From assembly GCA_030638825.1 (NCBI GenBank), contig DAOWDU010000053.1, positions 1 through 59,830 on the forward strand: 59,830 nucleotides of DNA. Direction: 5' to 3'. The notes beneath the pieces are model-generated. The model worked only from the letters and a program-made list of their open reading frames with translations. It was not told the origin of the DNA and searched no databases. A program made the translations under genes and the position numbers. Below are positions 16,447 through 27,125 of this stretch, piece by piece; position 1 is the first letter of the stretch, and each line of letters opens with the position of its first letter. Source of the DNA: a bacterium (lineage in GTDB: Bacteria; Patescibacteriota; Minisyncoccia; JAHIHE01; JAGLIN01).

Positions 16447-17193
16447 TTATAAATTAACTTTCATTTTTTGCTTTGCCCTCTTTCCAAAGTTTCCATCCCA
16501 CTCAGCTTCCATCGGTTTGGTAACTTTTTTACCTTCTTTATATTCAATATCTCTTATCATAATTTTACATTTTTCTTCCTCGTCATTCCAATCTAATATA
16601 GTCTCCCATTTCCCAGTTTCACCAAGCTTAAACGGATCAGAATCTCCCCAACCATTATATGTTCCGCGAAGCTGAATTTCTTTATCTCCCAAAAATTTAG
16701 CTATGGCAATAACAGGATGATCAGAATCTATCTGAACTTTTATTTTTTCTTCTCCGACTTTTTCAAATTTTACTCCTTTAAAATCACTTTCCAGAGAAAC
16801 AATTGTATTAGCATCGCTGGCATATTCATTTTCAATATCCCTAACCATAGATTTTCCCTCTTCGTTTATTTTTCTTTCTTGATTTAAACAAACCCATATT
16901 TTTCTATAAAACCCCAAACCTGTAATTCCTTTTCCACACTCCTGATCTATTATTAACTTCAGCTCTCCATCCTCTTCTTCAATACTAAGCTCTACGCCTA
17001 TAATTCCTCTTTCTTTTTTAATTTCAGTTTCTGTCCCTTTTACAGGAATACCGTATTCCACAAAAGATTTCTTTAACTCTTCAAGCTCGTTTTCTTTTTG
17101 CTCTTTAAACTCTCGCTTTTCAATATCCGACATTTTTGCATAAGTTTTCATTTTATCTTTACTTAAATTTGGATTTAATTCTCCATTAAACAT
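16447..17193 (-). CDS. Hypothetical protein; the C-terminus may be a glycogen/starch-binding (CBM48-like) domain
   Basis: LRGTYNGWGDSDPFKLGETGKWETILDW resembles the GsFnnW...W pattern of E-set/CBM48 domains. This is a weak call. Confidence 0.55.
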   Translation of the reverse strand: MFNGELNPNLSKDKMKTYAKMSDIEKREFKEQKENELEELKKSFVEYGIPVKGTETEIKKERGIIGVELSIEEEDGELKLIIDQECGKGITGLGFYRKIWVCLNQERKINEEGKSMVRDIENEYASDANTIVSLESDFKGVKFEKVGEEKIKVQIDSDHPVIAIAKFLGDKEIQLRGTYNGWGDSDPFKLGETGKWETILDWNDEEEKCKIMIRDIEYKEGKKVTKPMEAEWDGNFGKRAKQKMKVNL

Positions 17194-17212
17194 ATTTTTA
17201 TCTTAATTTTAA

Positions 17213-18403
17213 TTATAAATTCCTCTTCAACATCACTTTTAATATTATAGTCGCAATTCCAAAAAATATCCAGATTAAAAGAGCATAAAAAAGCAAAACC
17301 ATTTGAGGAGCCAATACAGTCAAAAGTATACCTGCCAAAAACAGAGACAATGCCCCAAACAAACATCCGAATATAGAAAAAATTGCAATCACTTCTGCTC
17401 TATGTTCATTTTCAATATTTTTTATTTCCAGCACTCCTTTAGAAGGACCGCTTATTGCTTCACCCACCGCAAACAATGCGGCAAAAATCCAAAACATAAT
17501 CAAACTCGTTGAAAGAGCCATCGCAGAAGAGGCAATGGCCAATATCAAAAATGACACTTTCATCCCTGTCATATAAGATTTTTTGTCCACAAAAGTTCCC
17601 GCATATAAAAGAACAACCATTGCAACTACTCCCTGTGTGGCGAATACACTACCCGTTATTACGTTAGAATCAACAAAAGAAATAATTATTAAGGGATAAA
17701 GGATAATTTTAACATCCCAGTTCATTTTAAAAGGAAACTCCAAAATCAAATGATACAACAAGTAGGGATTTGATAAAATATATTTAACCCCAAAAAGATA
17801 ATTATATTTCTTTTCTGATTTTTTGATCTCCTTTTTTCCTTTGCCGAAAAACTTCAAAGCGAGAAAGAATGGAATTAAAAGAACCGCAAACTGCAAATAA
17901 TAGGGCGCGCCTAAAAAATACTTATCAGCGACAAACCCGCCGAGTATCGCCCCAAAACTGCCGGCAATTGATTGAGCCGAATATAAATATCCCAAAAGCT
18001 TTCCTTGATTTTTCTCTGTTGAAAGATGCTCTTGAAGATACGCGAATAAAAGCGGACCCATCATTGCGCCGGCAAAACCAAAAATCATCTTGCCTCCCAT
18101 ATACTGCAAAATATTTGTGGAGGTCGCGTAAATAAGGGGATACAGAATTCCCAGCGCCGCGCCTATAATTATAAATTTGTTTTTACCATAAGTTCTGGAA
18201 AGCCGCGCAAAAATAAGAGCGAACAAAGACAAACTCAAAGTTCCAAGAGTAAAAGTAAATCCCATCAAAACACTATTCTCTGTCAAAGACGAAATAAACC
18301 TCTGTTCAATCGGCGCAATCAAACTTCCCGAAAAGACAACGGAAATAGACATCAAGAAAACAACAAGGTATTCTTTATTGAGATTTTTGAGAAAATTAGG
18401 CAT
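17213..18403 (-). CDS. MFS transporter
   Basis: About 12 hydrophobic helices, with a loop 2-3 motif-A-like LSRTYGKNKFIIIG. Confidence 0.85.
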   Translation of the reverse strand: MPNFLKNLNKEYLVVFLMSISVVFSGSLIAPIEQRFISSLTENSVLMGFTFTLGTLSLSLFALIFARLSRTYGKNKFIIIGAALGILYPLIYATSTNILQYMGGKMIFGFAGAMMGPLLFAYLQEHLSTEKNQGKLLGYLYSAQSIAGSFGAILGGFVADKYFLGAPYYLQFAVLLIPFFLALKFFGKGKKEIKKSEKKYNYLFGVKYILSNPYLLYHLILEFPFKMNWDVKIILYPLIIISFVDSNVITGSVFATQGVVAMVVLLYAGTFVDKKSYMTGMKVSFLILAIASSAMALSTSLIMFWIFAALFAVGEAISGPSKGVLEIKNIENEHRAEVIAIFSIFGCLFGALSLFLAGILLTVLAPQMVLLFYALLIWIFFGIATIILKVMLKRNL

Positions 18404-18412
18404 TTGTATATT

Positions 18413-20230
18413 TTATATCTCTATTTCAAACTGACAAACATCTTTCGTTCTTACATCCTTCAAAAAACTAGCGCAAAAATTTTCCGCTTCTTGGTATGAG
18501 AAAAGAGTCGGCTGATAATTTATAATTTCGTACGGAAATATATAAAACTTATTTATGTTATTACCCAAAATAATTCCAACCCCAAATCCCTCGTTTGTCT
18601 CTTTTGGAATTTGATCAAAAACAAAATTTCCCAACGAGTAAAAAATGGCTTTGCTTTTATATATCTCCATTGGCTGAATGACATGCGGATGATGGCCGAT
18701 GATCACATCAGCTCCGCTGTCTATGAGCTTATGGGCTATTTCCGTTTGGCTTTTTGATTGCAATTTATTGTATTCATATCCCCAGTGGATATTTACGACA
18801 ATGTAATTATTTCTCTTTTTTAAATCTTTGATCAAATTATAAAATTCATTTATATTTATTTTTTTGAAAGTGTCGTCAATTCCGACAAAAGCGATTTTTT
18901 TGTCGTTAACCTCTTTAATAATATAACTGTCGCTTAGCTCATTTCCGCCAAAATAATTTATGCCAAAATAATCCAAATTTTCTTTCGTATCGCTCATTCC
19001 CTTTTCCCCGCAGTCAAAAGAATGATTGTTGGCTAAATTCGCAATGTTGATCTTATTTTCAAAAAGCAGTTTTGCCGTTTTGGGCAAGAATCTAAAACTA
19101 TACGCTTTCTTTTGGCATTGAGTGTTCTCCGTTATCGGACCCTCCAAATTCACCGAGGTAAAATCCACGCCCTTCAAAAAATTTCCTTCCACGCCTCTTA
19201 TTTTTTCAAACGGGCTTCTCTCGTCTTTTATTATTTTTTCTACTCCTCTGCCAAGCATCGTATCCCCAAAATTCAGCAAGGATAATTTCGCTTCCTTTCT
19301 ATGCTCTCCTTTCACAAAATGAGAAAAAAGATAACTGGTAACATCTTCCGAATCAAGGTCGTCGGAGAAAACCGCAGAATTGATGTTTTCATAAATCATT
19401 TTTTGGCTTCCTCTTTTTTCCAAATATTTTAGAAGCGTATAAATTGACGGCGGGCTGTCTATTTCTAAATTATAGATTCTCTCGTAATCAAAATTTTCTA
19501 TAACTGAAACGCTCGCTTCATCATGGAACTGCGCGGCTATCCTATTGAGATGATGCGAAAAATCAACGCTGGCCAAAACAACGCTATTTTCTCCCAAAAT
19601 TTCATCTAATTTTTTCGCCAGCAATCCCGCCTCTTGGAAAGAAACATTTTGTTTCAGAATAATCGGCGCGATTTTCGCTTCGGGAGAAAAGTATTTTATA
19701 AATCCCGCCAAAGAAGAAATAGAATGTTCTTTTTTGAATGGAAATTCATCATTTTCAACAAACTTCTCCTTTAATAATTCCTCAATGACTTTTTCGTCTG
19801 GCTCCAGAACGCCCCAGGGAGTATTATAGGGATATTTTGATATTAAAATATCGCCGTCTCCGGCGCTAAAATGGTTTGGTCCCAAAATAACAACTGTCTC
19901 TATTTTTTGGTTTCCAATTTTCGCGAAAAAACTTGCTATTTTGGGAGCAACTAAAAAATGGTGAGAGACAATCCCACCATCCACTTTTTCGCTTATTTTT
20001 ATTTCGCTGTCCGCTTTTTCTAAATCACCGTAAAACTCCTTATTCTGAAAATAAGCGAAATGAAAATCGGTATACTCTTTTTTGCCAGAGTTATTTTTGA
20101 CTGTTTCTAAATTCTCCAAATTTACCGAAACTTTTTCGCTAAAAATTCCAGTGAAATAATCCTGAAAAATTCCAACACAGAATAGGAGTGAAAGAAATAT
20201 AAAGATTGATGATATTAATAATTTTTTCAT
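18413..20230 (-). CDS. Fusion of a Memo/AmmeMemoRadiSam-B-like domain and a CapA-family (PGA_cap) metallophosphoesterase domain, secreted or anchored
   Basis: Start chosen at ATG 20230 (MKKLLISSIFIFLSLLF signal). N-terminal half: GGIVSHHFLV...VVILGPNHF. C-terminal half: NLANNHSFDCG...VNIHWGYEY...IIGHHPHVIQP...YSLGNFVFDQ. Confidence 0.8.
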   Translation of the reverse strand: MKKLLISSIFIFLSLLFCVGIFQDYFTGIFSEKVSVNLENLETVKNNSGKKEYTDFHFAYFQNKEFYGDLEKADSEIKISEKVDGGIVSHHFLVAPKIASFFAKIGNQKIETVVILGPNHFSAGDGDILISKYPYNTPWGVLEPDEKVIEELLKEKFVENDEFPFKKEHSISSLAGFIKYFSPEAKIAPIILKQNVSFQEAGLLAKKLDEILGENSVVLASVDFSHHLNRIAAQFHDEASVSVIENFDYERIYNLEIDSPPSIYTLLKYLEKRGSQKMIYENINSAVFSDDLDSEDVTSYLFSHFVKGEHRKEAKLSLLNFGDTMLGRGVEKIIKDERSPFEKIRGVEGNFLKGVDFTSVNLEGPITENTQCQKKAYSFRFLPKTAKLLFENKINIANLANNHSFDCGEKGMSDTKENLDYFGINYFGGNELSDSYIIKEVNDKKIAFVGIDDTFKKININEFYNLIKDLKKRNNYIVVNIHWGYEYNKLQSKSQTEIAHKLIDSGADVIIGHHPHVIQPMEIYKSKAIFYSLGNFVFDQIPKETNEGFGVGIILGNNINKFYIFPYEIINYQPTLFSYQEAENFCASFLKDVRTKDVCQFEIEI

Positions 20231-20232
20231 TT

Positions 20233-22260
20233 TTACCTCAATAATGTTCCGCCCCATTCAACTACCGTAAAACCACTCCTTGCTGGAGCCGCAAATAATT
20301 CCTGTTCCGGAACAGATTTAAACTTATTTAGACTTTCAGCGGTCATCATTACTCTAATTACTATTTTTGGATTTAAAGAAAAGCTGATTGGCGCGATTTT
20401 GTTAAATTCATCTTGCGTTAGAAACGAGATTTTATAATAAGGATCATCACTTAATCTTTTCAACCAGTATTCTTTAAAATCGCCGACTTCCTCTTCATTT
20501 AAACCGAGAAAAGATAATTTTTGATCAAAAAATTCATTTAGGTCTTCCTTCTTAATAACAAACCCTTCTTCTCTTCTTGGATAGTTAAGCCCAATTCCCT
20601 CCCAATATAAATAATCGTATTCCTGATTTGTTTTCAAGTCTTTTACTTTTCCATCCTGAGAAATTTCCACTTCCCAGCCCTGATTATAGTCTGGTTTCGT
20701 AAAGGTAAATCCGCCATTCGGGCTTACCTGAACATCAATTTTTATTTCTTCCTCAGGATAAAAATAAATGACTGGCTTGCACATCTCCGCCGCTGACATA
20801 AACTTTCTATTCTTGAACTGGATCCATCTTCCCAAAGGATCTTGCCAATACAAAAGAGGGCGTAAACCTATAAATTCCTCATAGCTATATTTATTTCCAT
20901 CCGTTTTTTTCCAATCCTCACTATAATAAGCAGTTGTGTTTTCGTCATTATATAACTCTTTTAATTTTTCATCGTTTATATCTTTGAATTCATAAATAGG
21001 ATCGCCATTGCTTGCTTCGCCAACTATCTTAAGTCGTTCATCAGGAGAAGATAGCTTCTTGTTATCCATAACATCAAGATAAGAACACAATGAACCGCAA
21101 CCGGCTATTCTATTATAATTATATTCTTCTTCGTTTTTATCTCCTTCATAAGGTTCGGGTTTACCTTCATTAAAAATTATTTCCAGTAGCCCATTTTCTT
21201 CGTTGACAAATGGAACCGTGAAGCTATACACAAAAACGGTATGATCTGGAAGTTCCGCGACCGCGCAGCCATTTTCGGTCAAATAAATATCGCCCATCTT
21301 TTCATCGGTAAATAATTTCTTTTCTATCTCCATTTCGGCAAAAAAACGATCTTTTATATTACCTCCCTCTATCGTATATTTTTTCTCTGGCGCAATGATT
21401 GTCTTCGGCAAATCTGTGAAACCTTCTATTTTGATATTATTCTCTTTTAAGTAAAATCTTTTCTTATTTTCCAAAAGATAATAATTAAATATATCCATCA
21501 TACTATGCTCTACTTCCAAATAAATATTTTGTCCTTCATATTGACTGCTTGCTACTTTCCCCGCTAAATAATAATCATACGCATTATATTTATCACTCTT
21601 TTCAAATTCAGTTTCTATTTTTATCAACTCTTTTTCCCAATCAACTTTTATCGTTATTACTTTTTCATCTTCGGGCAATGCCGCGTTTATTATTATTTCC
21701 TTTTTCGTTATTTTATTTTCCTGATAAGCCAAAACTGCAATAAGATTTTTTCCTTCCGTTAAACTATCGTTCTCCGCCCTTAAGACATAACTCCAGTTCA
21801 AATCTCCTTTTTTAAAATCGTCTAATAAAATTCTCTTTACTTCACTTTGTGAATTAGTAATTTCCAACTCAATTTTTTCAATCAAAAAAGAATTACTTCC
21901 TTTTATTTCATATTCGCTGGCATTTATGTTTATTTCAGTTTCAGCGGGATCTTTGATAACGAGCAAATCCGACATCAACGGATCATATCCGTTCTCCACT
22001 TCCGAACCATCTACATATCCGTCTTTGTCAGTGTCATTATCGTTCGGATTTGTTTTATGAACATAAATTTCGTCAAAGTCGCTAAGCCCGTCATCATCAC
22101 TGTCAGTATCTTTTAATTCTTCCATGTAATCTTTTGTCATTTGCACTTCTTTATTAAGAAATGAACCATAATCGCTCCCGCCAATAACGATGGCTAATAA
22201 TAGCGCAAACAGAAATAAAACCGCCAACCCCGCTAAAATAATTTTGTTTATTTTTTCCAT
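20233..22260 (-). CDS. Large secreted/anchored protein with TSP3-like Ca-binding Asp-rich repeats
   Basis: N-terminal TM helix; DTDSDDDGLSDFDE...NDNDTDKDGYVDGSE. The remainder is unassigned. Confidence 0.7.
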   Translation of the reverse strand: MEKINKIILAGLAVLFLFALLLAIVIGGSDYGSFLNKEVQMTKDYMEELKDTDSDDDGLSDFDEIYVHKTNPNDNDTDKDGYVDGSEVENGYDPLMSDLLVIKDPAETEININASEYEIKGSNSFLIEKIELEITNSQSEVKRILLDDFKKGDLNWSYVLRAENDSLTEGKNLIAVLAYQENKITKKEIIINAALPEDEKVITIKVDWEKELIKIETEFEKSDKYNAYDYYLAGKVASSQYEGQNIYLEVEHSMMDIFNYYLLENKKRFYLKENNIKIEGFTDLPKTIIAPEKKYTIEGGNIKDRFFAEMEIEKKLFTDEKMGDIYLTENGCAVAELPDHTVFVYSFTVPFVNEENGLLEIIFNEGKPEPYEGDKNEEEYNYNRIAGCGSLCSYLDVMDNKKLSSPDERLKIVGEASNGDPIYEFKDINDEKLKELYNDENTTAYYSEDWKKTDGNKYSYEEFIGLRPLLYWQDPLGRWIQFKNRKFMSAAEMCKPVIYFYPEEEIKIDVQVSPNGGFTFTKPDYNQGWEVEISQDGKVKDLKTNQEYDYLYWEGIGLNYPRREEGFVIKKEDLNEFFDQKLSFLGLNEEEVGDFKEYWLKRLSDDPYYKISFLTQDEFNKIAPISFSLNPKIVIRVMMTAESLNKFKSVPEQELFAAPARSGFTVVEWGGTLLR

Positions 22261-22416
22261 AAGATTTTTTTAGTTTTTTAAAAATTTTTCTTACTAAATT
22301 TTCTTACTACATTATACCAAATATCACTTCTTTCGCCAATTTTTAAATGACATTTTAAATTGACAACTTTTCTGATAGCTTCCATAATAATGATATTAAT
22401 TTAAATAATAAAAAAT

Positions 22417-22917
22417 ATGTCAACAGAAATTATTCTAGTAGATAAAAACGATCAAGAAATCGGCGCAGGTGAGAAAATGAAAGTTCATCAAGATGGAAAG
22501 CTACATCGCTGTTTTTCTATTTTCGTTTTCAATTCCAACAACGAAATGCTCCTACAAAAAAGAGCGAAAGCAAAATATCATTGTGGCGGACTTTGGACAA
22601 ATACCTGTTGCAGCCATCCTAGAAAAGGAGAATTATTAGAAAAAGAAATTCATAAAAGATTGCAAGAAGAAATGGGTTTTGATTGCGAGCTAAAAGAAAT
22701 CGGCGGTTTTATTTACAAAGCGAAATTTGACAATGGCTTGACCGAACATGAATACGATCATGTTTTCACCGGCAAATTTGACGGTCAGCCGAAACTGAAT
22801 CCCGAAGAAGCGGATGATTACAAATGGATTGGTTTAGAAGAATTAAAAAAAGAAATCAAAAAAAATCCAGAAGATTTCACTGTCTGGTTTAAGATTGCGC
22901 TGGAGAGATTTTTTTAG
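22417..22917 (+). CDS. idi: Isopentenyl-diphosphate delta-isomerase, type 1 (Nudix fold)
   Basis: LHRCFSIFVFN, WTNTCCSHP, EHEYDHVF. Confidence 0.9.
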   Translation: MSTEIILVDKNDQEIGAGEKMKVHQDGKLHRCFSIFVFNSNNEMLLQKRAKAKYHCGGLWTNTCCSHPRKGELLEKEIHKRLQEEMGFDCELKEIGGFIYKAKFDNGLTEHEYDHVFTGKFDGQPKLNPEEADDYKWIGLEELKKEIKKNPEDFTVWFKIALERFF

Positions 22918-22940
22918 AAATTTTTCGTAAATTAACACAG

Positions 22941-22971
22941 TTGTCATCCTGAGCTTGTTGAAGGGTGACAA
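22941..22971. terminator. Hairpin between convergent genes (idi and the SEC-C gene)
   Basis: TTGTCATCC-13 nt-GGGTGACAA. Confidence 0.45.
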
Positions 22972-22998
22972 ATTTAGCTATTTCGTAATTTAAAGAGA

Positions 22999-23550
22999 TT
23001 ACACTTTTTCCATACAACACTTCTTATATTTCTTCCCGCTGCCACAAGGACATTTTTCATTCCGACCAGTTTTAGTAACTCTGTTAACTGACAAAACTGA
23101 CTCGCCCATAATATCTTCTTTCAGAAAATTTTGACATTCCTGGATTGCTAAATTCAACCAAATCTTCAATTCTGGATCAGGATTTTTTTCGTATTCTTCT
23201 AAAATTTTATAGACATCAGGTCTACCCTTATGAGCTAAAATAATCAAAGCTCTTTTTTTATCTTCAATCTCCGATTTCCCAGAAAGCAAAATTTCCCGCG
23301 CCCACTCAATCTCCTCTTCAGGCATATTTAAATAATAACTCTCCGGAATTTTCTTGTGATACTCTACATATTCAACGGTCGCTCTGCCCTCTTCACTCTC
23401 AGGATCGTCAATCGCCATAACAGATCCACCCATCCCCTTTTCTTTCAACGCCATCATCAAACTAACACATTCCTCTTCCGATAAATTACCTTGATTTAAA
23501 ATGCTGATCAATTCTTCATTGCTTAGGTTGTTGAAGTTTTTGTTGGTCAT
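22999..23550 (-). CDS. SEC-C motif domain protein
   Basis: C-terminal GRNEKCPCGSGKKYKKCC. Confidence 0.75.
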   Translation of the reverse strand: MTNKNFNNLSNEELISILNQGNLSEEECVSLMMALKEKGMGGSVMAIDDPESEEGRATVEYVEYHKKIPESYYLNMPEEEIEWAREILLSGKSEIEDKKRALIILAHKGRPDVYKILEEYEKNPDPELKIWLNLAIQECQNFLKEDIMGESVLSVNRVTKTGRNEKCPCGSGKKYKKCCMEKV

Positions 23551-23791
23551 AAATCTTTGGTTATTTTATTTATCACTAATTTATATACAACTATGCTTTA
23601 CACTATATTCAATCTATTGCAAGGTATAGTTTACAATAGATACACAATTATTGACCATATGGTTAGTAATTATGTACCTAATATAATTTAGATAAACTCA
23701 TTCTCACACATTTTTCTTTTTACTCCTCGTTTTTCAATTCTGTCATATCCTCATTCATAAACTCTTTGCGATATGCCCAATATCTATAATT

Positions 23792-25645
23792 TTATTCATC
23801 ATTTTTATTTTCTTGATCATAAAAGTTATATAATTCATCTCTATAATATTTTTCCATAAATTCATCTAAATATGGTAAAAATAATTCATATTTTTTATCC
23901 CCCTGCATTCTTTCTTTTATAGGTAACTCTTTATCTTTCCAAATCTCTTTTGCAACATCTTCTGCAATTTGAAGACCCTTTTTATCGGTATAAGCCCCCA
24001 TTCTAATTAAATATGGAACGAACATAGGATCAACTCTTAATAAACGCAAACATTCCTCAAACTCTTCTACAGATTCCGCTTCTTCCAATTCTAACATTTT
24101 AACCTCACCTTCAAAATATATTTTATCTTGAGGATAATATTTTCCTCCCTCTTTGGGATTAAATCCTTTAAATGTTCTAAGACAATTCTTTTTGGCTATT
24201 TTTTTTGCAATCCTTTTGCTTTTTTCTTCAACTTTCTCAATTTCTTTTATTAGAACTTTTTTCTCGTTATCATTATTTGCAATATCTAATTGTTCTTTTG
24301 TATTGTTATATTCATTTTTATATAATTCTTCTCTAAGCTTTAAATTATAGATATATTTAAAAGTTTTTGCATAATTCCAACCATTTTTATATTCTCCGTT
24401 TTTATTTTTTTCTCCCCTGATTTTTTCCATAGCTAAAATATAATATGGTTCAGCGCTAATTTCAAAATCACAAAATTCTTCCTTGAGCATTTCTTTTGCT
24501 ACTCTCGCTTCGCTCCTTTTTGATATTCCTTCATTAACAACATTCCATCCTTTCCCCATCGTTCCATTAAATCCCTGCTTTTCATTATAAATATTGGTAG
24601 TCACATGCCTGCCTATTTCATGCGCAACAAGTCTCATTAACTGAAGTCCATTTTTTTCTGCGTCAGGAGGAATTAAAATAACAGGACAATCATATCCAGA
24701 ACGATTGGTGCTAACTATAATACCTGTAATATTTTTATCAATAAACACTTTATATCCAGCATCAGATAATTTTCCTTTTATAAGAGCCAACTCAAGAACA
24801 GTTTTTATACCTTGCGCATCAAACATAGTATCCTCTAATTTTTTTTCTAATTTACCTTTTTCTGGTCTGTCTTTAAAAAATTTTAATTTTTCTTTATATA
24901 TATCATTTGCGCTTTGGCACAAATTATCATTTATGTCATTATGCACAATCTTAATCTGCTCAAAAGCATTCTTGTCATTGCCATTTTTTTTATTTATGCA
25001 AAAATCTATCAAGGCATTGGATGATAGTAATAACTCATCAAGAATTTTTTTAGTGTTTTCGTTTTTACATTCAACATTTATTTCCTTTTCAATATCTTCT
25101 AATTCATTGCTTGTTTCTTTAAGTTTTTCTTCGTCAAGTTTCTCTATTTCCGGATAAATAAAGGTTGGGCACATCTCAGTATATTCTTCGTTAGTAATTT
25201 CTTGTTCCTCCTTAGAACATTTTTCAATATATTCTTCATCAGAAACTTCTTGATCCTCGTCTAGATGGTTTTTTATTTTTTCAAAAAATGCATCGAATTC
25301 TTTTTCATAATTCCTCCCTTCCTCTCCTTTCGGCTCAACAAGAGCTCTTGGACCATACGGCTTTACAATATCATTAATTCTATTTGAATATTCAATCAAT
25401 TGTTTCTTCGCTTCTCGCTTTTCTATTGTATTAACATTTATATTCAAATCTTCAACCATAAATTTTATCTCTTCGATTTTTCCCGTTTCATCTCTATTTT
25501 CTTTTTTTGAACAAGGCATTTCATCCAAAACTGCTTCTGCAATATCTTCTGTTATAATTTCATCAACAGTGTCATTAATTTCTTCTTCTGCTTTCGCTTT
25601 TTTAATTTCAGAAGCTATATCTAAATATGATGTTTCTTTTTTCAT
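23792..25645 (-). CDS. DUF1704 / MATCAP-like metallopeptidase-domain protein (paralog 1) with a long acidic N-terminal extension
   Basis: LVAHEIGRHVTTN (HExxxH), WNVVNEGISKRSE (QEGLA-equivalent), YYPQDKIYFEGEV. Confidence 0.75.
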   Translation of the reverse strand: MKKETSYLDIASEIKKAKAEEEINDTVDEIITEDIAEAVLDEMPCSKKENRDETGKIEEIKFMVEDLNINVNTIEKREAKKQLIEYSNRINDIVKPYGPRALVEPKGEEGRNYEKEFDAFFEKIKNHLDEDQEVSDEEYIEKCSKEEQEITNEEYTEMCPTFIYPEIEKLDEEKLKETSNELEDIEKEINVECKNENTKKILDELLLSSNALIDFCINKKNGNDKNAFEQIKIVHNDINDNLCQSANDIYKEKLKFFKDRPEKGKLEKKLEDTMFDAQGIKTVLELALIKGKLSDAGYKVFIDKNITGIIVSTNRSGYDCPVILIPPDAEKNGLQLMRLVAHEIGRHVTTNIYNEKQGFNGTMGKGWNVVNEGISKRSEARVAKEMLKEEFCDFEISAEPYYILAMEKIRGEKNKNGEYKNGWNYAKTFKYIYNLKLREELYKNEYNNTKEQLDIANNDNEKKVLIKEIEKVEEKSKRIAKKIAKKNCLRTFKGFNPKEGGKYYPQDKIYFEGEVKMLELEEAESVEEFEECLRLLRVDPMFVPYLIRMGAYTDKKGLQIAEDVAKEIWKDKELPIKERMQGDKKYELFLPYLDEFMEKYYRDELYNFYDQENKNDE

Positions 25646-25672
25646 ATTTTTTAAATTAGTTATTTATTTCCC

Positions 25673-27106
25673 CTAATTTTTCTTATGATTCAAGATACTT
25701 TCACGAAATTCTTTGTTATTCCATAAACGCTCCGCAATTTCCTTTATTCTATTAAAATCTTTTTCATACTTATACGCTCCTATTTTTATTAACGCTGGAA
25801 TATATTTAGCGTCAACTCTGGATAAATATAAATATTTTTCTAATTTTTCTCCAGATTTTATTTTATTCAATTCCCGAATAATAACTTCTCCTTCAAAATA
25901 AATTTTATCTTTCGGAAAATACATCCCACCTTTTTTGGGATCAAAACTCTTAAAAACTCTTACACAAATTCTCTTTGATATATCTACAGATTTTTTTTCG
26001 CAATCTTTTTCTATTACTTTTTTCTTGTTAATATTTTTCTTATTATAATATCCACAATCACATAAATATTCTTTGTAACATTTGTTGAATATATATTTAT
26101 ACACTTTATTGAAATTCCATCCCTTTTTTATTTTCTCTATCGCCAAAATATAATACATTGAAAAATCATATTCTGCGTCTACATATGAATTTTCAAGTAT
26201 TATTTTTTTAATTTCATTTTCATTTTTTTTCGCCAATCCTTCACTATAAACATTCCAGCTTCTTCCTATTTCAGCAACTAGTCCTTGCTTTTTATGATAA
26301 TAATTGGTCGTCGCATGCTTTCCTGTCTCATGGGCAATTAATTGCATAATTCTTATTCCACTAGCTTTAATTTCAGACGGTATTGAAATAACAGGACAAT
26401 TATACCTAAAATCTTTTTCATTAATTTTTATACTGGAAATTTTATCATCAATTAAAACTTTGTAATTATTTTTCAATCCAGATTTCTCTAATGCTAATTC
26501 AAAATATTTTTTAATTCCTAACGCGTCAAAATTTATTCCTTCTAATTTATTTTCCAGCGCGCTTTTCTCTGGTCTATTTTTTAGAAATTTCAATTTTTCT
26601 TTATATGCTTTATTCGCTTTATTAAATAATTCCTCACTAACATCCCCATAAATAATTTTAGAATATTTAAAAGCTTTTTTGAAATTTTTTAGTTTTAATT
26701 CCTTGAGAAAATTTACTTTAGCTAAAGCTATTTCCAAAGATTCAGAAATTATTTTATAAATATCGTCACAAGCGCATTCTTTATAAACTTTTTCTTTTAA
26801 CATACTAAGTTTCAATATTACTGTATCAACATCTTTAATATCTACTTTTTCAATTTCTGGATAATCAAAACTTGGACAATATTTATCATCTATTTTTATT
26901 TTCCTTAAAAACAGTTTAAATTCTTTCTCAAAATTTATATAGTTCCTGCCAACAGGTTGGACAAAAAATAAAATCTCGTCATATTTGCCTAATGTTTTAC
27001 AAATTTCATTCAAATATTTTTTCAACTTTTTCAATTCTAATAAATCCACCTTTTTATTTTTCTCCGCTTTTTTTATCTCTGATATTATTTTCTTAAGATT
27101 TTGCAT
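25673..27106 (-). CDS. DUF1704 / MATCAP-like metallopeptidase-domain protein (paralog 2)
   Basis: LIAHETGKHATTN (HExxxH), WNVYSEGLAKKNE, YFPKDKIYFEGEV. Confidence 0.75.
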   Translation of the reverse strand: MQNLKKIISEIKKAEKNKKVDLLELKKLKKYLNEICKTLGKYDEILFFVQPVGRNYINFEKEFKLFLRKIKIDDKYCPSFDYPEIEKVDIKDVDTVILKLSMLKEKVYKECACDDIYKIISESLEIALAKVNFLKELKLKNFKKAFKYSKIIYGDVSEELFNKANKAYKEKLKFLKNRPEKSALENKLEGINFDALGIKKYFELALEKSGLKNNYKVLIDDKISSIKINEKDFRYNCPVISIPSEIKASGIRIMQLIAHETGKHATTNYYHKKQGLVAEIGRSWNVYSEGLAKKNENEIKKIILENSYVDAEYDFSMYYILAIEKIKKGWNFNKVYKYIFNKCYKEYLCDCGYYNKKNINKKKVIEKDCEKKSVDISKRICVRVFKSFDPKKGGMYFPKDKIYFEGEVIIRELNKIKSGEKLEKYLYLSRVDAKYIPALIKIGAYKYEKDFNRIKEIAERLWNNKEFRESILNHKKN

Positions 27107-27125
27107 AATGTTTTTTATTCACTTT

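Noticed and set aside
23720-23758. 12-codon micro-ORF MNEDMTELKNEE* directly downstream of the last DUF1704 gene. Its C-terminal Glu-Glu is tempting as a ligase substrate.
   Set aside because: It is too short, lacks a convincing SD, and cannot be distinguished from chance in AT-rich sequence. I record it only as something to look at if peptide data become available.
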